Part shown: positions 9,042 to 19,973 of the stretch, piece after piece
Layout of the letters: each line of letters starts with the position of its first letter
Position numbering within the stretch: the first letter of the stretch is position 1
From: Bdellovibrio sp. ZAP7
GTDB lineage: Bacteria > Bdellovibrionota > FAC87 > UBA2466
DNA: 64,000 bases
Assembly: GCA_945878405.1 (NCBI GenBank)
Contig: CAMCTJ010000002.1
Coordinates: forward strand, 3,099 to 67,098
Direction: 5' to 3'
Position numbers and translations under genes: made by a program
Notes under the pieces: model-generated
What the model saw: only the letters and a program-made list of their open reading frames with translations
Database searches by the model: none
Told to the model about the DNA's origin: nothing

Positions 9042-10008
9042 AAAACATCCCTTTCTTCTTTCACTTCTATTGATTTTGAACCTCTCTGCTTGCGCTATCA
9101 AACGTCCCGGTTCGGATTTGAAAACCTTTCAGGATTTGGAGAATGTTGATTCAAGTCCCGTTCAAGTGGACTCCGATACCCGAATGGAGTTTCCAGTGAC
9201 ACCTGGGGCGGCAGCTGGCAGCTCTGAGGGATCTTTTGCAAAAAAACCGGGAATTACGCTTGTTTTAGGAGGGGCCGGAGTCGCAAGTTTTGCAACGGTA
9301 GGTCTTCTCAAGCGACTGAAGATGGAAGGCGTGAAAATCGATTTGATCGTAGCGAGTGGGTGGCCAGCACTCTTTGCTCTTGGTTATGGATTTTTTAAAT
9401 CGGTTCATGATCTCGAGTGGTTTGCCATGAGACTTCAAAACGAGGATTTTGAGAAGGCCTGTAATTTGAAAAAGGGCGAAGAGGAAGGTGCCCTTTCAAA
9501 GCTCATCGAGAGTTTTTTAAAGAAAAAAGATTTACGTGATTCTCAAACTCCGATCATTATCGTGGCTGGGAATACCGAAAAAGAAAAACAGGGGGTTTTT
9601 GATTCTGGAGAATGGGTTGATCCGGTTTTAAAGACGCTCGCCGTTCCAGGCCTTTATCGAAATTTTCCAGAGCAAGACATCTCTGTTCCGAAATCATTTG
9701 ATCTTCAAAGCCTCGGGGTATCTGAAGCCAAAAAAAGAGGAGCTTATCCGATATTGGCGGTTCAAATGTACTCGGACTATATAAATTTTTCTAAAGGCTC
9801 CAAGGAAAACCCTAAAAAGCCAACCATTAGAAATATCTTTTTAGCTTCTTTGCGGAAAAATATTCGAGAAGAGTTAGCTCAGGCTGAGGGAGCTTTTCAG
9901 GTAGAGTTAAAAGCTGCCCCTCTCGATTTTTCCCAAAAACGGGCAGCTATTCTGGCAGGCTCGGTTCAAGCGGCTCAGATGCTCAAGCGAATAGGTCAGA
10001 AAAAATAA
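9031..10008 (+). CDS. patatin-like phospholipase family lipoprotein with a non-canonical nucleophile motif
   Basis: Lipobox LSAC. Glycine-rich oxyanion loop LVLGGAGVASFATVGLLKRL. The expected GxSxG position reads IVASGWPA. A DGG-like FDSGEWVDP lies downstream. Confidence 0.55.
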   Translation: MNARKHPFLLSLLLILNLSACAIKRPGSDLKTFQDLENVDSSPVQVDSDTRMEFPVTPGAAAGSSEGSFAKKPGITLVLGGAGVASFATVGLLKRLKMEGVKIDLIVASGWPALFALGYGFFKSVHDLEWFAMRLQNEDFEKACNLKKGEEEGALSKLIESFLKKKDLRDSQTPIIIVAGNTEKEKQGVFDSGEWVDPVLKTLAVPGLYRNFPEQDISVPKSFDLQSLGVSEAKKRGAYPILAVQMYSDYINFSKGSKENPKKPTIRNIFLASLRKNIREELAQAEGAFQVELKAAPLDFSQKRAAILAGSVQAAQMLKRIGQKK

Positions 10009-10021
10009 TAAATACATATAG

Positions 10022-12502
10022 TTGATTATAAGATCCCAGTTATTGACTCGGCGCATTAAAAAGGGTAAAGTGCCCGCCGTGTTCCGGTTGAAATCTATTC
10101 CAATTTTAGGGGGACTGCTTTTGATCAGCAGCCTTTTGGGGTGCGGGAAACCGCTACAAAGACCCGTTCTTTCAGGGCCACCTTCGGCTCCAGTCGACCA
10201 ACTCATTTTAGGAAGAGAACTCAGTGCAAAGGACCTACGAGAACTTTTTAAAATTCTAAACCAAAAAGGTGAGTTTAATTCCCTTGCTCAGTGGATCGGG
10301 ACACTCTCTGATGCCGAATTATCCGCTTGGGGCCAGTTCTTAAACGAATGGGTGTATCAAGACGCTCTTTCTTCAAAGGGTTTGATTCAATTAGTGAAGG
10401 CCCGTGTTCAAGGACAAGGGTTTTCGCTTTGGAAGAAAAATCTTCAGAAACTGGGTCCGGCTTTACCCCAAATGTTCGAGGATGAGGAGCTTTGGTCTCT
10501 TCTTCCCAGAGTCGCCGGAACGTTGGATCCCCATTTTGTAAACGGTGTTTTGAAGCCTCTAGGGGCTGCCGCCGATAAAACCTTATTAGTGCCCGAGAAG
10601 CCGGAAGTGAACACAGGGAAAATCTGGGAGGAATTCTTTCAGCTTCTAGGAAATGAGCCAACCCGATTAAAGCTCCAAGACCTGATTCAATCTGTCGGAG
10701 ATCTCCAGTGGGTAGCTCCATTGGCGGAAGCCAGCCGTGAAAATTTAAACGCCTCAGGAGAAACTTGGTTTAGTCAGTTAGCAAAAGATTTTTCCGAGAA
10801 ACGAAGTTTCGTGAATCAGGCTTTGCGACTCGCAGAACTTCTCAATCGGCCGGCCGAACGGGCAGTGACCGTACTTCAGGAGGGGCTGCGCTCTAATCCC
10901 GACATCATTCACGCTTTGACGATGAGGTGGGATCCGATTTTTGTAAAATCGCTTTCAGAACTTGTCAGACAGGTACTCTTAAAGCCCGAAGATGGTAGCC
11001 GCTTGGACCGGGAATTTTGGCTAGCACTTCCTAGGGGAGACGTAGGTGCCCCTCCCACTCAAGAATTTATTCGACTTTACTCGGTTCTGTATTCCGGGAT
11101 TCAAAAGATTTCAGATCCCCGAAGGCTTGAGCCCCAAGTAGACAGTGGTTCTTATCGTTTGCCGCTGCAATTAAATGCGCTTTTTTTAACTCGTCTTCTT
11201 GAAGAAGCCGTTCGTCAGTTAGCACCCAAAATAAAAGAAATGAATCCAGAATCCTTTGAAGAGACTCTCTGGAAAAGCCCAGTTCTCATAAAAGAGTTTC
11301 GCTTAAACCTCATCAAAGACGAATCGCAAAATGAAGTCTCCGAATCCGTTCAACGAGATCTTCGAAGCTTGGGACTTCTGACAACGCTTTCTCGTTTGGA
11401 AAGTCTGGTTCGAGAACAGGATAGTGGAAAAAATAATTACTCAGTTACTTTTTCTTCCGAAACTCTCTCCCTCACCGAAGGGTTCTCTGAAGCAGTAGCT
11501 TCAGCACATGCGGTAAGACCCTTCGCGGACATTACTCCTTTTCTCGTAACTCTCGTGCAAAGCCTGATCGGAACCCATTCAGAAAGTGGTTTGGGCCTGG
11601 AGTTTTTAAAAAGCTCACCTAACCTACTCGCTCAAGGACAAGGTTTTCTGGCCCAGATTGATAGCAAGCAGTGGCAGCAGCTGAGAAAGCTTCTGTTTGA
11701 AGATCTGAAAATTGGTGCGCTTGAGATGGAAGATCGTGCGTTGTTGGTCAGTCTTTTTCAATCTGATCTCGAAGTGGCCGAGTGGGTGAATGAAATCTTA
11801 ATGAACGTTCAGAGCATTTATGCCTTAGATGGACTTTTCAGCTTTTATCACTCCTTTATTAGAAAACTCGGGGCACCTGAACTTTCCAATTTAGGAACCA
11901 CCTTAAGCATCTTATCTGAACTATCTCTTTTTAAAGAATCCGAAGAGGGGGTTCCAGTAAACCCAGGATTTCAATCTCTTCTTCTCAATGGGAATAGACT
12001 TTCTAAAGGAGTGAGAGGCTTCGCAGGCCTTTCAGCGGTTCAGGCAAGGCTTCTTCAGGGGAAATTAAACGAAGTACTTGGGGAGGATCTTGAGGGTCAA
12101 AAAGGTTCCGATTTGATTTTTGGAGTTCTTGCGAGGCTAACTGAGAGAGTAAGCCCGGAGACTGTTTCTGGATTTACCCAAAGACTTTTCGAAACCGAAT
12201 GGAGAATCACAGATTCAGAAAGTCAGTGGATCAGCGATTTTTCAAAGAAAAAAGGATTTTCTGAGCTCCACGAGCTTCTTAAAAGCCGAAAAAATCAGGT
12301 TTCCGTCTTGGATTTAATGAATGAAGTAAGAGTTTTATCTGAAAAGAAAGTCGTCGACGAGGGAATGCGTCTTTTGGCCAAAATTCAAAATGAACGAATG
12401 AAAGAAATCGCTTTAGTCATTTTGGAAATGGATCGCTCAGGTGAATTGTTTTCGCTTCTCGATTCTGTACCACTTATTTTTAAAAAAGGAGAAACCCCAT
12501 GA
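10022..12502 (+). CDS. large hypothetical lipoprotein (about 800 aa, apparently helical)
   Basis: Long uninterrupted ORF with the signal/lipobox LLLISSLLGCG. The TTG start at 10022 is uncertain; an in-frame GTG just before FRLKSIPILGG is also possible. No motif recognised. Confidence 0.6.
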   Translation: MIIRSQLLTRRIKKGKVPAVFRLKSIPILGGLLLISSLLGCGKPLQRPVLSGPPSAPVDQLILGRELSAKDLRELFKILNQKGEFNSLAQWIGTLSDAELSAWGQFLNEWVYQDALSSKGLIQLVKARVQGQGFSLWKKNLQKLGPALPQMFEDEELWSLLPRVAGTLDPHFVNGVLKPLGAAADKTLLVPEKPEVNTGKIWEEFFQLLGNEPTRLKLQDLIQSVGDLQWVAPLAEASRENLNASGETWFSQLAKDFSEKRSFVNQALRLAELLNRPAERAVTVLQEGLRSNPDIIHALTMRWDPIFVKSLSELVRQVLLKPEDGSRLDREFWLALPRGDVGAPPTQEFIRLYSVLYSGIQKISDPRRLEPQVDSGSYRLPLQLNALFLTRLLEEAVRQLAPKIKEMNPESFEETLWKSPVLIKEFRLNLIKDESQNEVSESVQRDLRSLGLLTTLSRLESLVREQDSGKNNYSVTFSSETLSLTEGFSEAVASAHAVRPFADITPFLVTLVQSLIGTHSESGLGLEFLKSSPNLLAQGQGFLAQIDSKQWQQLRKLLFEDLKIGALEMEDRALLVSLFQSDLEVAEWVNEILMNVQSIYALDGLFSFYHSFIRKLGAPELSNLGTTLSILSELSLFKESEEGVPVNPGFQSLLLNGNRLSKGVRGFAGLSAVQARLLQGKLNEVLGEDLEGQKGSDLIFGVLARLTERVSPETVSGFTQRLFETEWRITDSESQWISDFSKKKGFSELHELLKSRKNQVSVLDLMNEVRVLSEKKVVDEGMRLLAKIQNERMKEIALVILEMDRSGELFSLLDSVPLIFKKGETP

Positions 12503-13467
12503 AAAAACAAATGCTCTTAGTACTAACGGTGGCCTTACAGCTGTTTGCTGCGGATCGTCCGGTAATTCCTGAGGCCCAGATGGATTTAGGGCTCACTCAA
12601 GGGAAAACGGTAGCTGAATTTTTTCAAGCACGGCTTGGAAACCAAAAGTGCGCAAGTGAACTACAAGATTTACGAGCAAAACACCGTGAAGAAAAAAACA
12701 AACTTCTTGGACTAATGAAATCTGGCGCTGCCGCAAGTGCCTTAGATGCTCAAGAAAAAAACATGAGTCGTGTGAGAGATTTATTAATGGGAAAAATGGA
12801 AGAATGCGGAGAGTGTGCTACTCGGCCTATTGATCATCGCACTGTCTACGCTCCCAGCGGAACCCAGCGCTGGTATATTGCTGATGGCTCTTGCTATCTC
12901 CCAGCGCTCGGATTGTCGCCTAGTCAGATGCGTGCGGCTTTTGACAAAGCTACTGCTCGTATGTTGGACAATGGACGATACACCAAACAGAATCAAGGTA
13001 TTCCATCGATTCTTCTCTTTGACCGAGTGGATGAAAAAACAGGAAAGGTAATGCCTCCAGGGCCTGTTGAGAGTTCACCTTTTTTGATCTCTTTAAGTGT
13101 GAAAGGACCTTCTTTTGTTGGGATCGTCTCCGCTTTCAATTACTTCATTAAGAACGAGTTTGAGAAGAAGAGCCAAAACGGAGTTGAAGAAACGGTGATC
13201 CGATTTAACCAAGAAAAAATGCCAAGCGGCTATGAAGCTCCTTCTAAGATCTACGACACGACTGCTGGTGGAAAGAGGACAGCAGCGTTTGTTCGCAATA
13301 TTTCAGAAGTCCAAGGACTTTGGTACTTCAATAGCGAGGGCTACTTCAGGTATTATACGGCCGCAGACTTCGGGATTTCGCTCAATCTCGCGGACGACTT
13401 TGCGAGAAAGACGCTCTTAGAAGCTCTGTTTTCCGTAACCGATGACAGCATTGAGGAGGCCAAGTGA
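12499..13467 (+). CDS. hypothetical secreted protein
   Basis: Signal peptide MKKQMLLVLTVALQLFA. ATGA overlap with the upstream ORF and GTGA overlap with purB indicate translational coupling. Confidence 0.6.
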   Translation: MKKQMLLVLTVALQLFAADRPVIPEAQMDLGLTQGKTVAEFFQARLGNQKCASELQDLRAKHREEKNKLLGLMKSGAAASALDAQEKNMSRVRDLLMGKMEECGECATRPIDHRTVYAPSGTQRWYIADGSCYLPALGLSPSQMRAAFDKATARMLDNGRYTKQNQGIPSILLFDRVDEKTGKVMPPGPVESSPFLISLSVKGPSFVGIVSAFNYFIKNEFEKKSQNGVEETVIRFNQEKMPSGYEAPSKIYDTTAGGKRTAAFVRNISEVQGLWYFNSEGYFRYYTAADFGISLNLADDFARKTLLEALFSVTDDSIEEAK

Positions 13468-14765
13468 TCGAAAGGTATAGCCGACCAGAGATGTCGCACC
13501 TCTGGTCTGAAGAAACCCAGTACCGAACTTGGTTGGATATCGAAGTTCTTGCCTGCGAGGGTTGGGCAAAACTAGGAAAGATTCCAGCCGGGGATATGAA
13601 GAACATTCGGGAGCGTGCTGGGTTTGAAATCGATCGCATTCGAGAAACAGAAAAGAAGACCAAACACGATGTGGCCGCTTTTGTTTCTGAGGTTCAAAGG
13701 ACCATCGGAGATTCGGGGCGTTTTGTTCATTTAGGTCTTACTTCCAGTGATATTGTCGATACGGCCTTTGCCTATCGTTTGACTAAGTCAGCTGAGCTTA
13801 TTCTCTCGGGTCTTCGAGAGTGTTTAGAAACAACCAAAAAGCGAGCGCTTCAAGATAAAAACACCCTCATGATGGGTCGCACGCACGGAATCCATGCAGA
13901 GCCCATGACCATGGGAATGAAGTGGCTTTTGTGGCACGACAGCCTAAAGAGAGCCTATGGACGGATAGAGGTTGCGAAGAAGGAAATCGCGGTCGGTAAA
14001 TTATCGGGAGCTGTAGGAAACTACGCCCATGTTCCTCCTGAAATCGAGAAGTTTGTTTGCGAGAGCCTGAAGCTTCAGCCCGATACTCTTTCTACTCAAG
14101 TGATTTCCCGTGATCGGTTTGCTGCCTATTTTTCCTCTTTGGCGCTCTTGGGGTCTTCAGTGGAAGCCATAGCCGTTGAGTTAAGACACTTGCAGCGCAC
14201 AGAAGTGGGAGAAGTTAGGGAAGGATTTAGTTCGGGACAAAAAGGGTCCTCAGCTATGCCTCATAAGCGAAATCCCATCAGTGCTGAAAATCTGACCGGT
14301 CTTGCTCGCCTTTTGCGAAGTATGGTGATCCCTGCAATGGAGAATTGTGCTTTGTGGCACGAGCGAGATATCAGCCATTCTTCTGTGGAGCGAGTGATTG
14401 GGCCCGACGCCAATATCTTAGGAGATTACCTTCTTTGGAGATTAAACTCGCTGCTAGTTAACTTGGAGGTTTATCCCGGTAAGATGACCGAAAATCTTCA
14501 GTTGCTCTCCGGGGTTACTTATTCGCAAACGGTTCTTTTGAAGCTGATTGAAAAAGGCCTCTCCCGTGACGATGCCTACGCGATTGTGCAGGGCAATGCG
14601 TTACGAGCCCTTGATGAGAAAGTTTCGTTTCATGAGCTATTGAAAGCTGATCCTAAAGTCGCTAAAGTTCTCCCACAAGTAGAACTCAACACGCTCTTTG
14701 ACACCCAAAGTGCATTGAAAAACTTAGACTACTTGTACGGGAAAGTTCTAGGGAATGATAATTGA
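13464..14765 (+). CDS. purB: adenylosuccinate lyase
   Basis: Fumarate-lyase signature GSSAMPHKRNP. N-terminus MIERYSRPEMSHLWSEE is typical of PurB. Confidence 0.95.
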   Translation: MIERYSRPEMSHLWSEETQYRTWLDIEVLACEGWAKLGKIPAGDMKNIRERAGFEIDRIRETEKKTKHDVAAFVSEVQRTIGDSGRFVHLGLTSSDIVDTAFAYRLTKSAELILSGLRECLETTKKRALQDKNTLMMGRTHGIHAEPMTMGMKWLLWHDSLKRAYGRIEVAKKEIAVGKLSGAVGNYAHVPPEIEKFVCESLKLQPDTLSTQVISRDRFAAYFSSLALLGSSVEAIAVELRHLQRTEVGEVREGFSSGQKGSSAMPHKRNPISAENLTGLARLLRSMVIPAMENCALWHERDISHSSVERVIGPDANILGDYLLWRLNSLLVNLEVYPGKMTENLQLLSGVTYSQTVLLKLIEKGLSRDDAYAIVQGNALRALDEKVSFHELLKADPKVAKVLPQVELNTLFDTQSALKNLDYLYGKVLGNDN

Positions 14766-15486
14766 ACGAAAATCCCCGCTGTACGATGGCAAATCAAAAA
14801 CGATCTTTGAGACGAATCAGTCTGAACTAGTCATTCAGTATTTTAAAGACGATGCGACTGCTTTTAATGCTCAGAAAAAAGGCACGATTGTAAATAAGGG
14901 CCTTTTAAATAATTTAACCAGTTCTCAAATCTTCGAGTTTCTCGCTAAAAACCAAATCCCTTCTCATTTTGTTAAAAAATTATCGGAACGAGAAATGCTG
15001 GTGAAAAAACTCACCATCATCCCAGTCGAGATAGTAGTGAGAAATCGAGCTGCCGGTAGTATTTGCAAACGCTTGGGCCTTGAGAAAGGAAAGGCATTTT
15101 CTCATCCCATCGTAGAAACTTTTTTTAAGAATGATTCGTTGGGGGATCCGCTCATCTCCGAAGAACATATTTTTCATTTTGGATGGGCAACACCAGCTGA
15201 ACTTAAGGAAATGAAGGCTTCGGCTTTGAAAGTAAATCACATTTTAAAACCAGTCTTTGAATCAATTGGTCTTGAGCTTATCGATTTCAAATTAGAATTT
15301 GGAAAAACAAAAGACGGTTTCGTTCTTCTTGCAGATGAAATCACTCTGGATGGTTGCAGACTTTGGGACAAAGCCACTGGAGAGTCGATGGATAAAGATA
15401 GGTTTCGTCACGATTTAGGCCGAGTAGATGAAGCTTACCAAGAGGTAACTCACCGTTTGACTCAGTTCTTTTCGAGGTCACTATGA
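14755..15486 (+). CDS. purC: phosphoribosylaminoimidazole-succinocarboxamide (SAICAR) synthase
   Basis: LYDGKSKTIF...VIQYFKDDATAFNAQKKG...IPVEIVVRN...LADEITLDGCRLWD are typical PurC blocks. Confidence 0.95.
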   Translation: MIIERKSPLYDGKSKTIFETNQSELVIQYFKDDATAFNAQKKGTIVNKGLLNNLTSSQIFEFLAKNQIPSHFVKKLSEREMLVKKLTIIPVEIVVRNRAAGSICKRLGLEKGKAFSHPIVETFFKNDSLGDPLISEEHIFHFGWATPAELKEMKASALKVNHILKPVFESIGLELIDFKLEFGKTKDGFVLLADEITLDGCRLWDKATGESMDKDRFRHDLGRVDEAYQEVTHRLTQFFSRSL

Positions 15487-15728
15487 AAGCAAGAATTCAT
15501 ATTTTCTATAAAGACTCTGTCTTTGATCCCCAGGGCAACACAGTTGCGGCATCGTTACAGCGTCTGGGATTTAATACGGTAAAAGATGTTCGGATAGGAA
15601 AAGTAATCGACGTCACGCTCGAAGCAAAAAGAATCGAAGACGCTCGAATCGAAATCGGAAAAATGTGTGAGAAGCTTTTAGTGAATCCGGTTATTGAATC
15701 TTATCGATTGGAGTCTATTGAGGCATGA
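15483..15728 (+). CDS. purS: FGAM synthase subunit PurS
   Basis: 81 aa. KDSVFDPQGNTVAASLQRLGF matches the PurS consensus. It sits between purC and purQ. Confidence 0.9.
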   Translation: MKARIHIFYKDSVFDPQGNTVAASLQRLGFNTVKDVRIGKVIDVTLEAKRIEDARIEIGKMCEKLLVNPVIESYRLESIEA

Positions 15729-16390
15729 GAGTAGGGGTCATTACTTTTCCAGGGTCCAATTGCGATGAGGATTGTTCCTTCTCGCTGGGGCAATTAGAGG
15801 GAGTCGAAGTTTCTCGGCTCTGGCACAAGGATACTGCTTCGCTTGGAGAACTCGATCTTATCGTGTTACCTGGCGGTTTTTCCTATGGAGACTATCTTCG
15901 CACGGGCGCGATGGCCGCTATTTCTCCTATCATGTCTGCCGTGAAAGAGTACGCCAGCCGTGGGGGAAGAGTTTTTGGTATTTGTAACGGATTTCAAATT
16001 TTGTGTGAATCTGGCCTTTTGCCGGGGGCTCTGGTGAAAAATCAGAAACTCGGGTTTATCTGCAAAGAAGTTACCATAGAAGTAGGCGACCCAAGTCCGT
16101 GGACTGCACCTCTAAGCACGGGAACTCAGTTAAAGCTTCCTATTGCCCATGGCGAGGGAAGGTTTGTTGTTGATCCCACGACCTACTCAGAAATGAAAAA
16201 GCACGGGCAAATCGCTTTTCGTTATTTGGAAGACTTAAACGGCAGTTTTGAAAAAATTGCAGGTATTACCAACCGAGAAAAAAATGTGTGCGGAATGATG
16301 CCTCATCCGGAACGAGCAGCGGATCTTAAGAGCCGCGATGGAATGAAAATTTGGAACGCACTTCTTCGTCAGGTGAGAGAAAAAGCATGA
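15725..16390 (+). CDS. purQ: FGAM synthase glutaminase subunit PurQ
   Basis: [14 protein letters not shown], catalytic Cys in GICNGFQIL, and MPHPER. Confidence 0.95.
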   Translation: MRVGVITFPGSNCDEDCSFSLGQLEGVEVSRLWHKDTASLGELDLIVLPGGFSYGDYLRTGAMAAISPIMSAVKEYASRGGRVFGICNGFQILCESGLLPGALVKNQKLGFICKEVTIEVGDPSPWTAPLSTGTQLKLPIAHGEGRFVVDPTTYSEMKKHGQIAFRYLEDLNGSFEKIAGITNREKNVCGMMPHPERAADLKSRDGMKIWNALLRQVREKA

Positions 16391-18624
16391 AATGGATTTC
16401 GGATACAGTGATTTCAACTCTTGAGCTGGCCAAAGAACTGAGTTTGAGCCGCGAAGAGTACGAGTACATTTGCGGGAAGCTTGCGAGAAAGCCAAATGTT
16501 GCGGAGCTTGGCATTTTCTCAAGTATGTACAGTGAGCACTGTAGTTACAAGTCGAGCCGAAAGTACCTGAAGAGATTTCCCACCAGCGGGAAACGCGTTT
16601 TGCAAGGACCGGGGGAAAATGCTGGTATCGTTGATATTGGCCATGGGTATGCAGTAGCTTTTAAAATGGAAAGCCATAACCACCCCTCCTTCATCGAGCC
16701 CTATCAAGGGGCTGCGACGGGAGTGGGGGGAATCTTAAGAGATATATTCACTATGGGGGCCCGGCCCATTGCTCTCATGGACAGTCTGTGTTTCGGAGAT
16801 CCCAGAAATTCTAAAACACCGTCGCTCGTAAGGGGAGTCGTCAAAGGCATTGGGGATTATGGAAATGCAGTCGGCGTCCCCACGGTGGCTGGCCAGACTT
16901 TTTTTCATAGTTGTTACAACCAAAATCCCCTCGTGAATGCTTTCGCCTTAGGGCTCGTAAAAACAACGGATATCTATCGAGGGAATGCCACTGGTATCGG
17001 AAATGTGGTGGTTTACGTGGGGGCAAAAACGGGGAGAGATGGCGTTCATGGGGCGACCATGTCTTCCAAAGAGTTTTCCAGTGAAGAAGAGCTGGCTCGA
17101 CCTACAGTTCAAGTAGGAGATCCCTTCACGGAAAAACTCCTTCTCGAAGCAACCCTCGAAGCAATGAGCGAAAAGCTCATGGTTGGAATTCAAGACATGG
17201 GAGCCGCCGGCCTTACTTCGTCGAGTTTCGAAATGGCTCATCGAGCCGGGACTGGGTTATCACTGGATTTAGATAAAGTTCCTACTCGAGAAACGGAAAT
17301 GTCAGCCTATGAACTTTTGCTTTCCGAATCTCAGGAACGAATGCTCTTAGTCTGTGAGCCGAAAAACTTAGATCGATTAAGGCAGGTTTATGAAAAGTGG
17401 GATCTCCATGCAGAAGTGATTGGTGAAGTGATTGGGGGAGGTCGGGTTCTGATGCAAAAAAATGGCATGACCGTTGTCGATTTGCCAGTGGAGCTGGTGA
17501 CGGATCCCCCGAAAGTCGAAAGACCCCTTATGGCCCCCAGTGATTTAAAACAGAGATGGTTTGTCGACAGAAACAAACTGCTCCTCGGTTCATTAGAAAA
17601 AAAGTTTGAAAGCGTATTTGAAGCCACCAGTTTTGCGAATCCTGAACCTATCATCCAGCAGTATGACTCAATGGTGGGAAACCGAACCGAAGGCGATTCG
17701 TTTGAAGATGCTGCAGTGTTAAGAGTTCGAGAAATTCCCGGAAAAAACGTACGCTTGGCTCTGACCGTAGATGGAAATCCCAGAGTCTCCTGGCTTTGGC
17801 CCCTAGAAGGGGGAAGGCGAGCCATCGCGGAAGCCGCTATTAATTTGGCTCTCAAAGGGACTCAAAGTATCGGGGTTACCGATTGCCTAAACTTTGCGAG
17901 TCCCGAAAACCCGGAAACGGTTTGGCAGTTTTCTGAAACTGTTGAGGGCATATCGATAGCTTGTGAAGCTTTGGGGATTCCCGTTATCTCTGGAAATGTC
18001 AGTCTTTATAATGAAACGGATGGTAAGCCCATTTATCCGACACCGATGATTGGAATGGTCGGCCTTTCAGAAGGTAAAGAAAAAGTCAGGCCTTCCGCTT
18101 TTCACAGTTCGTCGCTGGACCTGGCCTTAGTCGGTTTGCCTGAGGGTGGGATAGGGGGAAGCCTCTTGGCTAGTCAATGGTTCCAACGAGACTGTGGCCA
18201 GCCGGAAGAAACGGATCTGAAATCCTTGGTGAGAACTCTCAATTTTCTATCGAAAATAAAAACCAAGAAATTTGATTATGCGATTCATGACATTTCAGAC
18301 GGCGGGCTGTTATTAGCTGCGCTTGAAATGGCCTTTTACTCACGCCTAAATGGCTTGGGAATCGAGATATCAATTCCCAGAGAAGTAGATGTCGATGCAT
18401 TTCTTTTCGGTGAAACGGTTCCTCGAATTTTGGTTGCCTACGATACGACCGAGAGCACAGAAGTTGAAATGCTCGCCAATCAAGCCGGAATAAAGTTTAC
18501 AGCTATTGGAAGTGTGAATGAGCAAGGACAGTTGGTGGTAAAGCAAGGCGGAGCAAAAGTATTGCAACGAGATCTGGCCCAATTGAAAACAAAATGGGAT
18601 CAGCGTTTAAGAGGGTTTTTCTAA
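16387..18624 (+). CDS. purL: FGAM synthase subunit PurL (small/split type)
   Basis: [34 protein letters not shown] prefer the ATG at 16387 (MKWISDT), which forms an ATGA overlap with the purQ stop, over the ORF-track start at 16351. Confidence 0.95.
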   Translation: MKWISDTVISTLELAKELSLSREEYEYICGKLARKPNVAELGIFSSMYSEHCSYKSSRKYLKRFPTSGKRVLQGPGENAGIVDIGHGYAVAFKMESHNHPSFIEPYQGAATGVGGILRDIFTMGARPIALMDSLCFGDPRNSKTPSLVRGVVKGIGDYGNAVGVPTVAGQTFFHSCYNQNPLVNAFALGLVKTTDIYRGNATGIGNVVVYVGAKTGRDGVHGATMSSKEFSSEEELARPTVQVGDPFTEKLLLEATLEAMSEKLMVGIQDMGAAGLTSSSFEMAHRAGTGLSLDLDKVPTRETEMSAYELLLSESQERMLLVCEPKNLDRLRQVYEKWDLHAEVIGEVIGGGRVLMQKNGMTVVDLPVELVTDPPKVERPLMAPSDLKQRWFVDRNKLLLGSLEKKFESVFEATSFANPEPIIQQYDSMVGNRTEGDSFEDAAVLRVREIPGKNVRLALTVDGNPRVSWLWPLEGGRRAIAEAAINLALKGTQSIGVTDCLNFASPENPETVWQFSETVEGISIACEALGIPVISGNVSLYNETDGKPIYPTPMIGMVGLSEGKEKVRPSAFHSSSLDLALVGLPEGGIGGSLLASQWFQRDCGQPEETDLKSLVRTLNFLSKIKTKKFDYAIHDISDGGLLLAALEMAFYSRLNGLGIEISIPREVDVDAFLFGETVPRILVAYDTTESTEVEMLANQAGIKFTAIGSVNEQGQLVVKQGGAKVLQRDLAQLKTKWDQRLRGFF

Positions 18625-19973
18625 TGTGTGCTATTTTTGGCATTGCTGGACATCCCGAAGCTTCTAATGTGACCTATCTGGGTCTCCACGCGCTTCAACA
18701 TCGCGGGCAGGAAGGCGCTGGAATCGTCTCAAGCCGAGACGAAAAACCCTACGCTTTAAAGAAAAGAGGTTTAGTCGGTGACATTTTTTCTAATGATGAA
18801 TTAGAGCGTCTTCCTGGAAAACAAGCCATCGGTCACACCCGATACTCCACTTCTGGCGGAGACAAAGAGGAAAACCTCCAGCCTTTTCTCGTGCGAACAG
18901 CTTCCGGTTGGGTCACCGTTGCCCATAACGGAAATTTAGTGAATGCGGCTTCGCTCACTGCGCGCCTTGAGAAAATGGGTTCTATTTTTCAAAGCACCTC
19001 AGATACCGAAGTGCTTGTGCATTTAATTGCCAGAACGGGAGAACCTGACTTGATCAAGGCCCTGACCACGGCTCTTGCGCAAGTAGAAGGAGCTTATTCG
19101 CTTCTCGTGATGAACCAAAACACATTAATCGCGGTCAGAGATCCACATGGGTTTCGGCCTTTGGTGCTGGGACGATTTCAAGAGAGCATCGTCTTTGCGA
19201 GTGAGACAACGGCTTTTGATTTAATTGGGGCGACCTACGAAAGAGAAGTAGCGCCCGGTGAAATGGTTATTGTGGATCTCACTGGGAAAGAAGCACCACG
19301 ATCTTTTTATCCTTTCCATGAAATTGCTCATAAGAAATGTGTTTTTGAGCAAATTTATTTTGCAAGGCCTGACAGTGTCGTTTACGGGGCCGGAGTCTAT
19401 GAAACTCGAAAAGCGCTGGGAAAACGATTGGCGGTCGAGCATCCAGTTCCTCAAGCCGATATGGTCATTCCGGTTCCTGACTCGGGAGTTTACGCAGCCA
19501 TCGGCTATAGTGAGGAATCTAAAATTCCCTTTGAGATGGGGATTATCCGCAGTCACTACATGGGGAGGACGTTTATTGAGCCAAGCCAATCTATTCGTGA
19601 TTTTGGAGTGAAGTTAAAGCTCAATCCTTTAAGTGGATTTCTGAAAGGGAAAAAAACCGTAGTTGTTGATGATAGTTTGGTGCGAGGAACTACTTCTAGG
19701 AAATTGATTCAACATCTTCGCGATGCTGGAGCCACCGAAGTACATTTACGAATTTCTGCTCCCCCGACGATGCATCCCTGTTTTTATGGAATCGATACAC
19801 CCACCCAGAAAGAACTTCTTGCCTCGAGGAACAGTGTTGAGCAAATCCGAAATTTTATCGGAGCTGATTCTTTAGGATACTTAAGCTTAGACGGTTTATT
19901 GCAAGTATGTACGACGAAATCCCAACCAGGATTTTGCCACGCCTGTTTTTCAGGCGAGTACCCAACTCATTAA
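18624..19973 (+). CDS. purF: amidophosphoribosyltransferase
   Basis: N-terminal nucleophile MCAIFGI, PRPP loop VVVDDSLVRGTTS, C-terminal Cys residues. The start at 18624 overlaps the purL stop (TAATG). Confidence 0.95.
   Translation: MCAIFGIAGHPEASNVTYLGLHALQHRGQEGAGIVSSRDEKPYALKKRGLVGDIFSNDELERLPGKQAIGHTRYSTSGGDKEENLQPFLVRTASGWVTVAHNGNLVNAASLTARLEKMGSIFQSTSDTEVLVHLIARTGEPDLIKALTTALAQVEGAYSLLVMNQNTLIAVRDPHGFRPLVLGRFQESIVFASETTAFDLIGATYEREVAPGEMVIVDLTGKEAPRSFYPFHEIAHKKCVFEQIYFARPDSVVYGAGVYETRKALGKRLAVEHPVPQADMVIPVPDSGVYAAIGYSEESKIPFEMGIIRSHYMGRTFIEPSQSIRDFGVKLKLNPLSGFLKGKKTVVVDDSLVRGTTSRKLIQHLRDAGATEVHLRISAPPTMHPCFYGIDTPTQKELLASRNSVEQIRNFIGADSLGYLSLDGLLQVCTTKSQPGFCHACFSGEYPTH

Noticed and set aside
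16235-18582. Multiple 60-155-aa minus-strand ORFs inside purQ/purL, for example 16235-16522, 16948-17241 and 17388-17855.
   Set aside because: They are all antisense to strongly supported purine-biosynthesis genes and lack motifs. They are typical shadow ORFs.
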